NCBI GenBank assembly: GCA_964386505.1
Contig: CAYLSM010000001.1
Location: 1 to 57,339 of the forward strand
Length of the DNA: 57,339 nucleotides
DNA from: an uncultured Gemmatimonadales bacterium
GTDB taxonomy: Bacteria; Gemmatimonadota; Glassbacteria; GWA2-58-10
Direction: 5' to 3'
The notes under the pieces are model-generated. The model was not told where the DNA came from. It saw nothing but the letters and a program-made list of their open reading frames with translations, and ran no database searches. Numbering within the stretch: position 1 is the first letter of the stretch; each line of letters starts with the position of its first letter. A program made the translations under genes and the position numbers. Of this stretch, positions 46,987-55,450 are shown piece after piece.

Positions 46987-47134
46987 TTTTTCTCCCTCGA
47001 TGGAATTGAGTGAATCGAAGCTTGACTATCCAGGGAGAAAAGCGCTTTTCTCGACTTTCATTTACTATGACCATTCAACCGGCCGCCAGGTTTCACAAAT
47101 CTTGCCTGCCCGACTCGGCTGCAAGTTTCAGGGC

Positions 47135-47170
47135 AATAAAAAGCCGGCGGGGATTTCTCCCCGCCGGCTG
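47135..47170 (-). terminator. Strong intrinsic terminator after mini-ORF D
   Basis: On the minus strand, GCCGGCGGGGA-gaaa-TCCCCGCCGGC is followed by TTTTTATTG. Confidence 0.85.
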
Positions 47171-47192
47171 CGTTCCGCCTCTTTCCCGGCGC

Positions 47193-47315
47193 TTAGATCA
47201 GGCTGTTCAGGCCCAGGCTGAGCGCGGCGAAAGCAAAGTAGACTATCGTGCCCAGGAAGGCCTGGAGGTACACGGTCACTGTGCTGTTGTCAGCGGACTG
47301 AGTCATGGCTTTCAT
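47193..47315 (-). CDS. Mini-ORF D: 40-aa single-TM peptide (MKAMTQSADNSTVTVYLQAFLGTIVYFAFAALSLGLNSLI)
   Basis: Hand-translated. The ATG lies 6 nt after GGGAG. It is followed by the strong terminator at 47135-47170. Confidence 0.6.
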   Translation of the reverse strand: MKAMTQSADNSTVTVYLQAFLGTIVYFAFAALSLGLNSLI

Positions 47316-47516
47316 CGTTGTCTCCCTTTAGGAGTTTGGGTTTCGGCATCAGTGTGAGGCTTTTCGAAAACCGGTTTCTGTGCCCTTCACACTATATGAC
47401 TCACCCATTGCCCGCAGGGTTTCATTTTTTGGGGGAAAATGAAGCTTTACGGGCGAACATAAAGTCTTCCCCTCTGCAACACCGCCTCGCATCGCGGGAA
47501 AAAACCTTCCTGCGGG

Positions 47517-47778
47517 TGTCAGGCCGCCGTAGTCGTCTTTGGGGGACGCGCCTGTCCGAGCCTGCTCCACGGGTAGCGTGAAAATGCTCCGTAGACACCG
47601 ATGGTCACAAATCGGTCGCTGTGCGGCGCGCATTCAGCGTCAGCGTCGCCCCGCACCGCAACAGCGGAATCGCGGCGACTGACACACCGCTGGCAGAAAT
47701 AGCGCCGTGTCCCGGACGAGTTCGCGGCCCCCACGTCCTTTGGTCCTCTCGGGCAAGACCGAAAGGACATAAAACACG
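47517..47778. repeat. Full-length copy (~262 nt) of the intergenic repeat family; possible structured RNA
   Basis: The 49-nt box at 47517-47565 matches 9885-9935. Its internal blocks are shared with 28811-29049. The terminal hairpin GTCCTTTGGTC/GACCGAAAGGAC (47745-47778) occupies the position held by GTTCTCTTGG/CCAAGAGAAC in the other copy. Confidence 0.7.
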
Positions 47779-47876
47779 ATTTTAGAGCTTGATCAGAACA
47801 CGCCACATTTTGGGAATACTTGAGCCAAGTGCAGCATCACATTCAATTTTTACGGCAGGAATTACAGGAGGGAAAA

Positions 47877-48656
47877 TCAGGACTGACTGTCCGTAGCGGC
47901 AAAGCCCATGAAAGCCCACATCCGGCCCAGGCCGGCCTCGGCCTCGGCGCGGAAGGAATGGAAAAGGTCGTTGTGGCAGCGCGTGCACCAGCGGCTGATC
48001 GCGATGCCGGATGCGGGCACACCCATTTCCTGCGCCCGGTGCGCCAGGAGCGAACGCAGGTCGATCCGCCAGCCGCCGCTTTCAGTCCGTCCGGCGAACC
48101 CCGGGCTTTCCGGCCCATTAACACCCAGCCAGACCGCCACCTCGCGCCCCACCTCGTAGCAGGCGCCGCAGATTGCCGGACCGAGGTAGATTTCGAGTTC
48201 CTGCGCCGCGGCCCCGGTCAGCGCGGCCAGACGGGCCACGCCCTCCTGGAGCACTCCGGCCGCCACTCCGCGCCAGCCCGCGTGCAAAAGCGCCCAGGCC
48301 CGCGCCCGGCGGGCCAGCACGAACACAGGCACGCAGTCCGCGGCCGAGACCACCGCTGCCAGCCCCGGCGACGCCCCCACCAACCCGTCCCCCTCCAGCA
48401 CGTGCTCCAGCGAGAAAGACTCGTCCATGGCGCCCTCGAGCAGGCTCACGTTCACCACCCGCTGCCCGTGCACCTGCGCCAGGCGGAATGCATCGCGGAA
48501 ACCCCGCGCTGCCAGCTCTGCGCCCAGAAACGGCAGGCCCTCGCCGCGACCGCGCTCAGGCAGGCGCAGGCTCACCCCGTGCACCAGTCCAGGCACCCCG
48601 GCCCAGGGGTTGTAACGCACATAAAAAAACTGTCCCTCGGCCCGCAGAGTCTCCAT
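47877..48656 (-). CDS. pgeF: Peptidoglycan editing factor PgeF (YfiH/DUF152, laccase-domain protein)
   Basis: Family blocks are QVHGQRVV, ADCVPVFVL, HAGWRGVAAGVL, GPAICGACYEVG and CTRCHNDLFHSFR. Confidence 0.85.
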   Translation of the reverse strand: METLRAEGQFFYVRYNPWAGVPGLVHGVSLRLPERGRGEGLPFLGAELAARGFRDAFRLAQVHGQRVVNVSLLEGAMDESFSLEHVLEGDGLVGASPGLAAVVSAADCVPVFVLARRARAWALLHAGWRGVAAGVLQEGVARLAALTGAAAQELEIYLGPAICGACYEVGREVAVWLGVNGPESPGFAGRTESGGWRIDLRSLLAHRAQEMGVPASGIAISRWCTRCHNDLFHSFRAEAEAGLGRMWAFMGFAATDSQS

Positions 48657-48738
48657 CCGGCCCGCCGTTTAATGTTTATCTTTTTGTGACCCGTCCGCGT
48701 CCCGGCCCTGACAGACGGAGGCGGACAGAACGGTGGCT

Positions 48739-49260
48739 TCAGTCCAGAAACAGGTAGCGCCGCCACTTGTTCTCGCCCGCCGGGTGGTGGAAACGGATAA
48801 ACGAGAAATAGCTGGGACGGCGCGGCTGGCGCAGAAGGTGCATGCCCGCCATCTCGGGCGTGCGGTTACCCTTGTGGTTATTGCATTTCACGCAGGCGGT
48901 GACCAGGTTCTCCCAACTGTCCTCACCCTGGCGCGCCCGCGGGACGATGTGATCGGTGGTAAGTGGTTCGTGGGTGGAGCCGCAGTACTGGCAACGGTAC
49001 CCGTCCCGCCGCAACAGGTTGCGCCGGTTGAGAGAAATCGTCCGGCGACCGGGCTGTACGTAGATCATAAGCCTGATAACGGAAGGAATGGGGTACTGAC
49101 GGCTCACCGAGCGGACAACAATGTGGTCGTAATACTCCAAAATCTCGGCCTTGCCCAGCATCGCCAGAATGATCGCCCGGCGCGCCGAGCAGATATGCAC
49201 CGGCTGGAAACTGTTGTTCAGCACCAGCACCTGGCTGCTCAGAGTGTCACCTGGGTCCAT
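48739..49260 (-). CDS. HNH endonuclease family protein
   Basis: CQYCGSTHEPLTTDHIVPRARQGEDSWENLVTACVKCNNHKGNR carries the HNH motif with a zinc-finger CxxC pair. Confidence 0.85.
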   Translation of the reverse strand: MDPGDTLSSQVLVLNNSFQPVHICSARRAIILAMLGKAEILEYYDHIVVRSVSRQYPIPSVIRLMIYVQPGRRTISLNRRNLLRRDGYRCQYCGSTHEPLTTDHIVPRARQGEDSWENLVTACVKCNNHKGNRTPEMAGMHLLRQPRRPSYFSFIRFHHPAGENKWRRYLFLD

Positions 49261-49303
49261 GCCACTGCCTGCCTCCGAAAAAGTCCCTCGCTTTAAGTGG
49301 ATT

Positions 49304-49828
49304 TTACCATTGCTGAAGCACCGCGCTTACCAGATCATCCGCCAGCAGCAACATCACCCGCTGGGCGGCCTGTTGCTCGGTTTCCTTGTCCGGGTCGTAG
49401 ACCACGTAGCGCGAGAAGTTCGAATCCCGCCACAGGGTCTTGCTCTCCACCCGGTCGACAAATTCCACGTCCAGCACTATCGTGACCCGCCGCCCGGTCA
49501 CCTGGATGTCCTGGGTCTGACGGTACGATTCGGCTTCCTCGTAGTAGTGACGCACAGTGCCGTTCAGAGCCGCATCCGCCTGGTCAGCCTCGGCCAGACG
49601 GAGATTCGCCTCGCTCAGAAACCGCTCGGTCACCAGGTCGGTGATCCCCTGGGGCAGGCTGAATTCCGGCGTCTGGTTCTCGAAAGTCGGGATGCTGATT
49701 GTCCGGATGTGCGCCGGCAGACGGCCGGTGGTGCTGTAATGACTGCACTCGGCTGCGCACAGCGCCAAAACTGTTGCCGCCCAGACACCCGCCAGACGGT
49801 ATGTCGCCGCACGGCGCCGCACTGTCAC
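49304..49828 (-). CDS. lptE: LptE-like LPS-assembly lipoprotein
   Basis: The lipobox-like segment is VLALCAAEC. IRTISIPTFENQTPEFSLPQGITDLVTERF resembles LptE-family N-termini. It sits in an operon with other envelope genes. Confidence 0.55.
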   Translation of the reverse strand: MTVRRRAATYRLAGVWAATVLALCAAECSHYSTTGRLPAHIRTISIPTFENQTPEFSLPQGITDLVTERFLSEANLRLAEADQADAALNGTVRHYYEEAESYRQTQDIQVTGRRVTIVLDVEFVDRVESKTLWRDSNFSRYVVYDPDKETEQQAAQRVMLLLADDLVSAVLQQW

Positions 49829-50571
49829 TGGCCCTCGGGCAACGTGATCTCGAACGCCTTTGCTGTAAGCTCCTGGTTGATTTCCTCTTTGCTCACCAGC
49901 ACCGTGATCTCGCGGTCCTCCTGAAAATCGCGGTACACCGTGTGCGTGGCCCGCTGCATGCCGTTCACCGGACGGAACTCGGAGCGTACTATCTCGCGCC
50001 GGATCTTGCCGTGCTCGAAGTGAGCGAACCGCACCACCGCGCGCAGGGCCGTATCGTAGGTGAACTCGTAGACCGAGTTGCTCCCGCTCAGCCGCAGACG
50101 GCGCAGGGTGCCCTCCTGGGCGGCCTGCTCGTGCATACCCTCGCGGCGGAACCGCTCGGCCTTGAAAATTCCGGTCACTCCGCCCAGGAACTCACCATCC
50201 GTCAGGCCCTCGCTCGAGGAGAGCCGGGCCAGGGGTTCCGGGTTGCCGCGCTGTGCGCGGACCACGCGGTTCTCCTTGGGCAGCACCACGGTGATCGAGT
50301 CCCCCCGCTGGAGCATCTGCATCCAGAGCGTGGTGAACGGCGGTCCGTAAATACTCATCTGCAGAGTGTCTGGGGCATGAAAAAACAGCGCCCCGTCCCC
50401 GCTGAACGTGCGTCCCTTGTCCAGAAGGCGCACCCGGAAAATCTGCTTGTTGGTCTGCAGGTCCTGCTCCAGGCGGTCCAGGTCGGCCAGCACAGCCTCC
50501 GGCTCGATGGGCGTTCCGCCCAACTGCTTCATCGCCACTGCGCAGCCGGCCCCCAGGCCGGCCAGGATCAC
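49825..50571 (-). CDS. Hypothetical lipoprotein (LolB/DUF4292-like?) with an uncertain, possibly non-canonical start
   Basis: The only canonical start (GTG at 50571) gives MILAGLGAGC. The upstream in-frame sequence (IRAGLAALALV) would complete a classical lipoprotein signal peptide but begins at an ATC codon (50601). Confidence 0.5.
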   Translation of the reverse strand: MILAGLGAGCAVAMKQLGGTPIEPEAVLADLDRLEQDLQTNKQIFRVRLLDKGRTFSGDGALFFHAPDTLQMSIYGPPFTTLWMQMLQRGDSITVVLPKENRVVRAQRGNPEPLARLSSSEGLTDGEFLGGVTGIFKAERFRREGMHEQAAQEGTLRRLRLSGSNSVYEFTYDTALRAVVRFAHFEHGKIRREIVRSEFRPVNGMQRATHTVYRDFQEDREITVLVSKEEINQELTAKAFEITLPEGQ

Positions 50572-50645
50572 CAGCGCCAGCGCGGCCAGTCCCGCCCGGA
50601 TCGCACCTTGTCCGTGTGCCGCTATTTTCGGCCTCCCTCGTTCCG

Positions 50646-52841
50646 TTATTTCCCCGTGTTTTTCAGCTTATCCAGCCGGGCCTTGAGTTCGCTGTTCGTC
50701 GCATCCATCTCCAGGCTCCGGTTCCAGGCCGCCACGGCCTCGGCTTTCTGCCCCAGGGAGAGGTAGATTTCCCCCAGGTGCTCGTATATTTCGGGGTGCT
50801 CCATCGCGGCCAGGGCGCTCTTGATCTCCTTGAGCGCCTCCTCCCGGCGGCCCTGCTTGAACAGCACCCAGCCCTTGCTGTCGATGTAATGCCCGTTCTC
50901 CGGCTCCGCGGCCAGGGCGCGGTCCACCAGACGGCCCGCTTCCTCCAGGTTCTCACCCTTTTCGGCGTAGTAGTAGCCCAGATAATTCAGCGCCGGGGCA
51001 TAATCCGGCCAGTCCTTGAGCACCAGGCGCAGGTACTTGACCGTGTTGGCGTCGTCTCCCATCTCGTGGTAGACATTGGCCATCGAGAACAGCACCTCGC
51101 GGCGGCTCTCCGTATCCTGTTCCCGCACACGCGGCAGACCCGCCTCGAGTTCGGCCAGCGAGCGCGGGTAGTCCTTCAGCGTGTAGTAGGCCCGGCTCAG
51201 GGTCAGGTAGACCGGTAAAAAATCCGGCAGGCGCTCTTTTACGGCCTGGAACACCCTCACTGCCTCGGGGAGCCGGTTCAGGCGCGAGAACAGGAACCCG
51301 AGCGTATAGAGCCCGTTGTCTGTCAGACTGCTGTCCGCTGCCAGCGGCTCCAGCAGGCCGAGCGCCTTGTCCAGTTGCTCGGCGTGATAGTACAGACGGC
51401 CCAGGCCCTCGCGCACCGCCGTGGTCGTGTCACCGCCGGCCACGCGGCTCTCAAACAGAGAGATAGGGGCAGTCAGGTCCTGTCCGCGCAGCGATACGGT
51501 CAGCAGATGGTCAAACACCGAGGCCGTTGCCCCGGGATCGCACTCTATCAGCCGAAGGTAGTTCTTCTGGGCGCAGGCCCAGTCGCCGCCAGTCTCGCAG
51601 AGGTTTCCCAGCACGCGGTAAGGTTCGGCGAACGTGCTGTCCTCCGCAATCGAGCGTGTCATGTAGTCGCGGGCCTTGGCCTGGTCGCCGGTGCGCAGGT
51701 AGAGCACGCCCACCTGGAACAGGTCCCGCGACAGGTTGCTGTTGTCCGCGGTCAGAAGCGGCTCGTACAGCGGGATCATCTCGTCGTACTTGCCCTGCGA
51801 GAACAGCACCCGCAGCAGGCTGCGCCGGGTGAAACGGTCGCCCGGCTCTGCAGACAGGATCGCCTTGTAGCTCACCACAGCGCTGTCCGACTGGCCCGTG
51901 GCCTCCAGGGCGATGGCGTACACCCGCTTCAGCGCCGGGTTGAGCGAATCCCCCTCGCTCTGGCGCGCCCGCAGGCGCTCGAGCAGGGTCGGCCAGGCCT
52001 CATTGCCCGCGGAGCTGTCGCCGCTGTAGGCCGGGTAAGCCGCCCGCAGCGCCACCGCCACCACCTGCGGCATCACGCTCTCCGCCTCCTCGGGTTTCTG
52101 CTCGAGGAACAGAAGGTAGTGGTCCAGGGCCTGCGAGTATTTCAGCTCCAGCTCATCCAGACGGGCCAGGAGGTTGTGCGCCTCGGCCAGCGAGCTGTCC
52201 GCGGCCAGGGACTCCTCCAGGTACTGACGGGCCGGTTCGCGGCCGCCCACACGCATGTACAGCGCGCCCATCTGGTAGCAGTCGAACGCGTAGTTCTCGC
52301 TCTCCGGGTTCAGAAGGTAGCGGTAGACCGGGATCATCTCCTGGTAGCGACCCAGGCCGTTGAGCAGGTCGAGCAGACGGCGCCGGGCCCACTCCTCATC
52401 CGGCTGGCGCTCAAGCAGACGGCGGAACCAGGCCACCGCCTCATCGTTGCGCCCGGTGGCCTGACAGCTCACCGCCAGCATCCGCAGGGCCTGCACGTTG
52501 ATCGAGTCGCCCTTGTCCACCAGCGGCTTGAGGGTCTTGAATATCTCCTCGTGACGGCCCAGGGCGAACAGCGCCTCGGCGTACAGCACTTTCAGATAGG
52601 CGCTGGAGGGGTCCATCCGCATGGCCGCCCCCAGGCTGTCCAGCGCGAACTGCTTGTCGTCGTTCAGCAGGGCCCCGTAGCCCAGGATCACCTTGCGCAC
52701 CGCATCCTTGTTATAGGCCGCCTGCGGCGCGGCCGCCCACAGCCCGGCCGAACCCGGCCCCAGGACCAGCATCAGCGCCAAAGCCCACTCTCTCGTATTC
52801 TTTCCCACTCTCCCTCCATCCGCACGCCACCCGGCGCGCAT
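50646..52841 (-). CDS. Tetratricopeptide-repeat (TPR) protein, secreted or periplasmic
   Basis: A signal-like N-terminus is followed by many TPR-like ~34-aa units with the recurring pattern A...Y..lG......g....A... Confidence 0.78.
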   Translation of the reverse strand: MRAGWRADGGRVGKNTREWALALMLVLGPGSAGLWAAAPQAAYNKDAVRKVILGYGALLNDDKQFALDSLGAAMRMDPSSAYLKVLYAEALFALGRHEEIFKTLKPLVDKGDSINVQALRMLAVSCQATGRNDEAVAWFRRLLERQPDEEWARRRLLDLLNGLGRYQEMIPVYRYLLNPESENYAFDCYQMGALYMRVGGREPARQYLEESLAADSSLAEAHNLLARLDELELKYSQALDHYLLFLEQKPEEAESVMPQVVAVALRAAYPAYSGDSSAGNEAWPTLLERLRARQSEGDSLNPALKRVYAIALEATGQSDSAVVSYKAILSAEPGDRFTRRSLLRVLFSQGKYDEMIPLYEPLLTADNSNLSRDLFQVGVLYLRTGDQAKARDYMTRSIAEDSTFAEPYRVLGNLCETGGDWACAQKNYLRLIECDPGATASVFDHLLTVSLRGQDLTAPISLFESRVAGGDTTTAVREGLGRLYYHAEQLDKALGLLEPLAADSSLTDNGLYTLGFLFSRLNRLPEAVRVFQAVKERLPDFLPVYLTLSRAYYTLKDYPRSLAELEAGLPRVREQDTESRREVLFSMANVYHEMGDDANTVKYLRLVLKDWPDYAPALNYLGYYYAEKGENLEEAGRLVDRALAAEPENGHYIDSKGWVLFKQGRREEALKEIKSALAAMEHPEIYEHLGEIYLSLGQKAEAVAAWNRSLEMDATNSELKARLDKLKNTGK

Positions 52842-53051
52842 TCATATCAGAGTAATATATCCCTGTCCGAGCGGAACTGTCAAGCAATCCATTCAGCCGA
52901 CAATTCACCTCATCTTGTTTGTTTTCATCGAGTTATACCGCATTTTACCGCTCGGGATAATACTTTTCAAACCGGAGGCTTATATGTATATTACAATTTT
53001 GGTTTAGGTTCGTTTCCTGCAAATGGCGGGGCTTTCCGGCCCCATGGGGGC

Positions 53052-54092
53052 ATGACTTTGAGCCAGAATGGCAGAATAAAGACCGGCGTGGTGGGTGTGG
53101 GACATCTGGGAAGTCTGCACGCGCGCATTTATAACGAGATCGGGAGCGCCGAGCTGGTGGGCGTGTACGACTCCGACCCGCAGCATGCCAGCGAGGTAGC
53201 CGGGCGTTTCGGAGTGCGCGCTTTCGGATCCCTGGACGAGCTGGCCGATTCAGTGGAGGCGGCAAGCCTGGCCGTTCCCACCGACCTGCACTACGAGATC
53301 GGCCGCGTGCTCCTGGAACGCGGCCTGCACCTGCTGGTCGAAAAGCCGGTCACCGAGACCCGCGAGCAGGCCGCCGAGTTGATAGATCTGGCGCGCCGTT
53401 CCGGCAAGGTGCTGCAGGTGGGGCACGTGGAGCGTTTCAACCCGGCCCTGCTCTCCGCGGTGGAGCATGTGCACAGCAGCCTCTTCGTCGAGAGCCTGCG
53501 CCTGGCGCCGTTCAATCCCCGCGGCACCGAGGTGGATGTGGTCCTGGACCTGATGATCCACGACATAGACATCATCCTCAGCCTGATGCGCCGCCCGGTG
53601 GTCGAGGTGGCCGCCTCCGGGGTGCCGGTGCTGACCGATAAGGTCGATATCGCCAACGCCCGCCTTACTTTCGAGGGCGGCGCCGTGGCCAACATCACTG
53701 CCAGCCGGGTCAGCCTGGAAAAGGTGCGCAAGATACGTTTCTTCGCCCGCGACTGCTATGTCTCGACCGACCTGCTGGGCCGCAGCGCTACGCTCTATCG
53801 CAAGCGCGCGCCAAATGGGGCCGGTCTGGCCGGAGCGCTCACCAACCGCGGTGTCCTTCCCGACATGCTCTCGCTCTTCGAGCGCCGCAGCCTGAAAGTG
53901 GACAGCGCGGCCGAGCCGCTGCGCCTGGAGCTGGAAAGCTTCATCGGCTGTGTCCGAGACAGCGTGCGCCCGGTAGTCTCGGGCGAGGACGGGCTCCAGG
54001 CGCTGGAGGTGGCCCAGCGTATCCGTGAGGCGGTCGGGCGCTCCCTCGAACTGGCCGGGCTCGCCCCAGCCGGCAGCCCCCAACTGGACTGA
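53052..54092 (+). CDS. Gfo/Idh/MocA-family NAD-dependent oxidoreductase (GnnA-like context next to lpxB)
   Basis: The Rossmann N-terminus is IKTGVVGVGHLGSLHARIY. The family block HLLVEKPVTETREQAAELIDLARRSGKVLQVGHVERFNP is present. The listed 51375 start is an antisense artefact over the TPR gene. Confidence 0.82.
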   Translation: MTLSQNGRIKTGVVGVGHLGSLHARIYNEIGSAELVGVYDSDPQHASEVAGRFGVRAFGSLDELADSVEAASLAVPTDLHYEIGRVLLERGLHLLVEKPVTETREQAAELIDLARRSGKVLQVGHVERFNPALLSAVEHVHSSLFVESLRLAPFNPRGTEVDVVLDLMIHDIDIILSLMRRPVVEVAASGVPVLTDKVDIANARLTFEGGAVANITASRVSLEKVRKIRFFARDCYVSTDLLGRSATLYRKRAPNGAGLAGALTNRGVLPDMLSLFERRSLKVDSAAEPLRLELESFIGCVRDSVRPVVSGEDGLQALEVAQRIREAVGRSLELAGLAPAGSPQLD

Positions 54093-54104
54093 GGAGAAAA
54101 CGTC

Positions 54105-54254
54105 ATGGGCATATCCGGCTACTGGGAGGCCCGCCGCCGTTTTCTGGGGCGCGCCGGAAACCCCCGTCCTATCTGGCGCCTGTTGATCATGCTGGCGATC
54201 ATCCTCTACCTGATCTACCGTTTCGGCCACATGGAACAGATTCTTTCCCATTGA
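54105..54254 (+). CDS. 49-aa mini-ORF encoding a single-TM peptide (MGISGYWEARRRFLGRAGNPRPIWRLLIMLAIILYLIYRFGHMEQILSH)
   Basis: Hand-translated. The ATG lies 8 nt after GAGGAG (54091-54096). It is wedged between the oxidoreductase stop and the lpxB start. Confidence 0.45.
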   Translation: MGISGYWEARRRFLGRAGNPRPIWRLLIMLAIILYLIYRFGHMEQILSH

Positions 54255-54286
54255 GCCAGAGCGAACCGCCTCCCGGACTTGAGCCG

Positions 54287-55450
54287 ATGGACGCTCCCGA
54301 CATCTTTGTCTCCGCGCCCGACCCGAGCGGCGAGATGCACGCCGCCCGGATGCTGGAGCGCCTGCAAGGGCTGGCCCCGGGCCTGACAGTGCGCGGGATC
54401 GGCGGCCCGGCCATGCAGGAGCGCGGCGTGGAGCTGCTCTGCACCCAGGACCGTCTGGCCGTGATGGGACTGGTGGAGGTCATTGCCCACCTGCCGTTTT
54501 TCCTGCGCCTGATGGCCGACATCCGTGCCGCCTGGAGGCGACGTCGCCCCGACCTGCTTGTCCTGGTCGATTTCCCCGATTTCAACCTGGGTCTGGCTGC
54601 CGAGGCCCGCAAGCTGGGCATCCCGGTCCTCTACTACATCAGCCCGCAGGTCTGGGCCTGGCGTCAGGGCCGCAAGCGGCGCATCGCGGCTCTGGCCGAC
54701 CGCCTGGCCGTGGTCTTCCCCTTCGAGGTGGATTTCTACCGCGACACCGGGGCGCGCGTGGAGTATGTGGGCCACCCGCTGATGGAGACCCTCGCGCCGC
54801 GGCCCGACACGGCGGCTTTCTTCGCCCGCTGGGGCCTCGACCCTTCCCGCCCCATCGTGGGCCTTCTGCCGGGAAGCCGCGCCCAGGAGCTGGAGCGTCA
54901 CCTGTCCGTGTTCCTGGAGGCCGCCGCGCGTCTCCATCAGGCCCGGCCCGAGGTCCAGTTCGCCCTGGGCCTTTTACCCCACATCGCCGCCCGTCTGAGC
55001 GCCCAGCAGCGCGACTCCATCGGCCGGCTGGAAATCCGCGAGGTCACCTCTGACAGCGCGGCGCTGATCTGCGCCAGCCGCCTGCTGCTTTCCAAGAGCG
55101 GCACCGTCACCCTGGAGGCGGCTCTGCACGGCACCCCGCTCGTGATCGGCTACCGCACGAGCTCGCTCAGCTACGCCCTGGCGCGGCGGCTGGTCAAAGT
55201 GAGCCACATCGGCATGCCCAACCTGCTCGACCCCGACCCGCAGATCCCCGAGCTGGTGCAGAATGAACTGACCGGAAAGCGTCTGTGCGGGCTGGCCCTT
55301 GAGATTCTGGAAGATTCCTCGCCCCGGCGCGCGGCGATCCTGGCCCAGTGCGCCCGCGTGCGCGAGCACCTTCGCTCTGCCAAGGCCGCCAGCCTGCGCG
55401 TGGCCGAGATCGCCCTCGAAATGTGCCGCAGCCGCGGGGAGGGCGCATGA
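54287..55450 (+). CDS. lpxB: Lipid-A-disaccharide synthase
   Basis: GT19 blocks are YYISPQVWAWRQGR and FPFEVDFY, plus SGTVTLEAALHGTPLVIGY. I prefer the ATG at 54287 (MDAPDIFVSAPDPSGE) over the TTG at 54251. Confidence 0.85.
   Translation: MDAPDIFVSAPDPSGEMHAARMLERLQGLAPGLTVRGIGGPAMQERGVELLCTQDRLAVMGLVEVIAHLPFFLRLMADIRAAWRRRRPDLLVLVDFPDFNLGLAAEARKLGIPVLYYISPQVWAWRQGRKRRIAALADRLAVVFPFEVDFYRDTGARVEYVGHPLMETLAPRPDTAAFFARWGLDPSRPIVGLLPGSRAQELERHLSVFLEAAARLHQARPEVQFALGLLPHIAARLSAQQRDSIGRLEIREVTSDSAALICASRLLLSKSGTVTLEAALHGTPLVIGYRTSSLSYALARRLVKVSHIGMPNLLDPDPQIPELVQNELTGKRLCGLALEILEDSSPRRAAILAQCARVREHLRSAKAASLRVAEIALEMCRSRGEGA

Noticed and set aside
43780-47315. The idea that the four mini-peptides are RiPP precursors for the nearby radical SAM/SPASM enzyme.
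   Set aside because: The peptides look like TM helices with no Cys-rich or leader/core organisation. Each is separately terminated. They are separated from the enzyme by nikR and the ABM-like gene on the opposite strand. The enzyme's N-terminus (LLCG..GD.IRYG) looks like the NirJ/Ahb tetrapyrrole subfamily. I keep this only as a low-probability alternative.
47349-47633. A 94-aa minus-strand ORF upstream of mini-ORF D.
   Set aside because: It runs through the intergenic repeat element, has no SD and has an implausible composition.
51375-53051. The N-terminal 559 aa of the listed 905-aa ORF 51375-54092.
   Set aside because: This part lies antisense to the TPR gene and has junk composition. 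Real homology (the Rossmann motif) starts only after the ATG at 53052.
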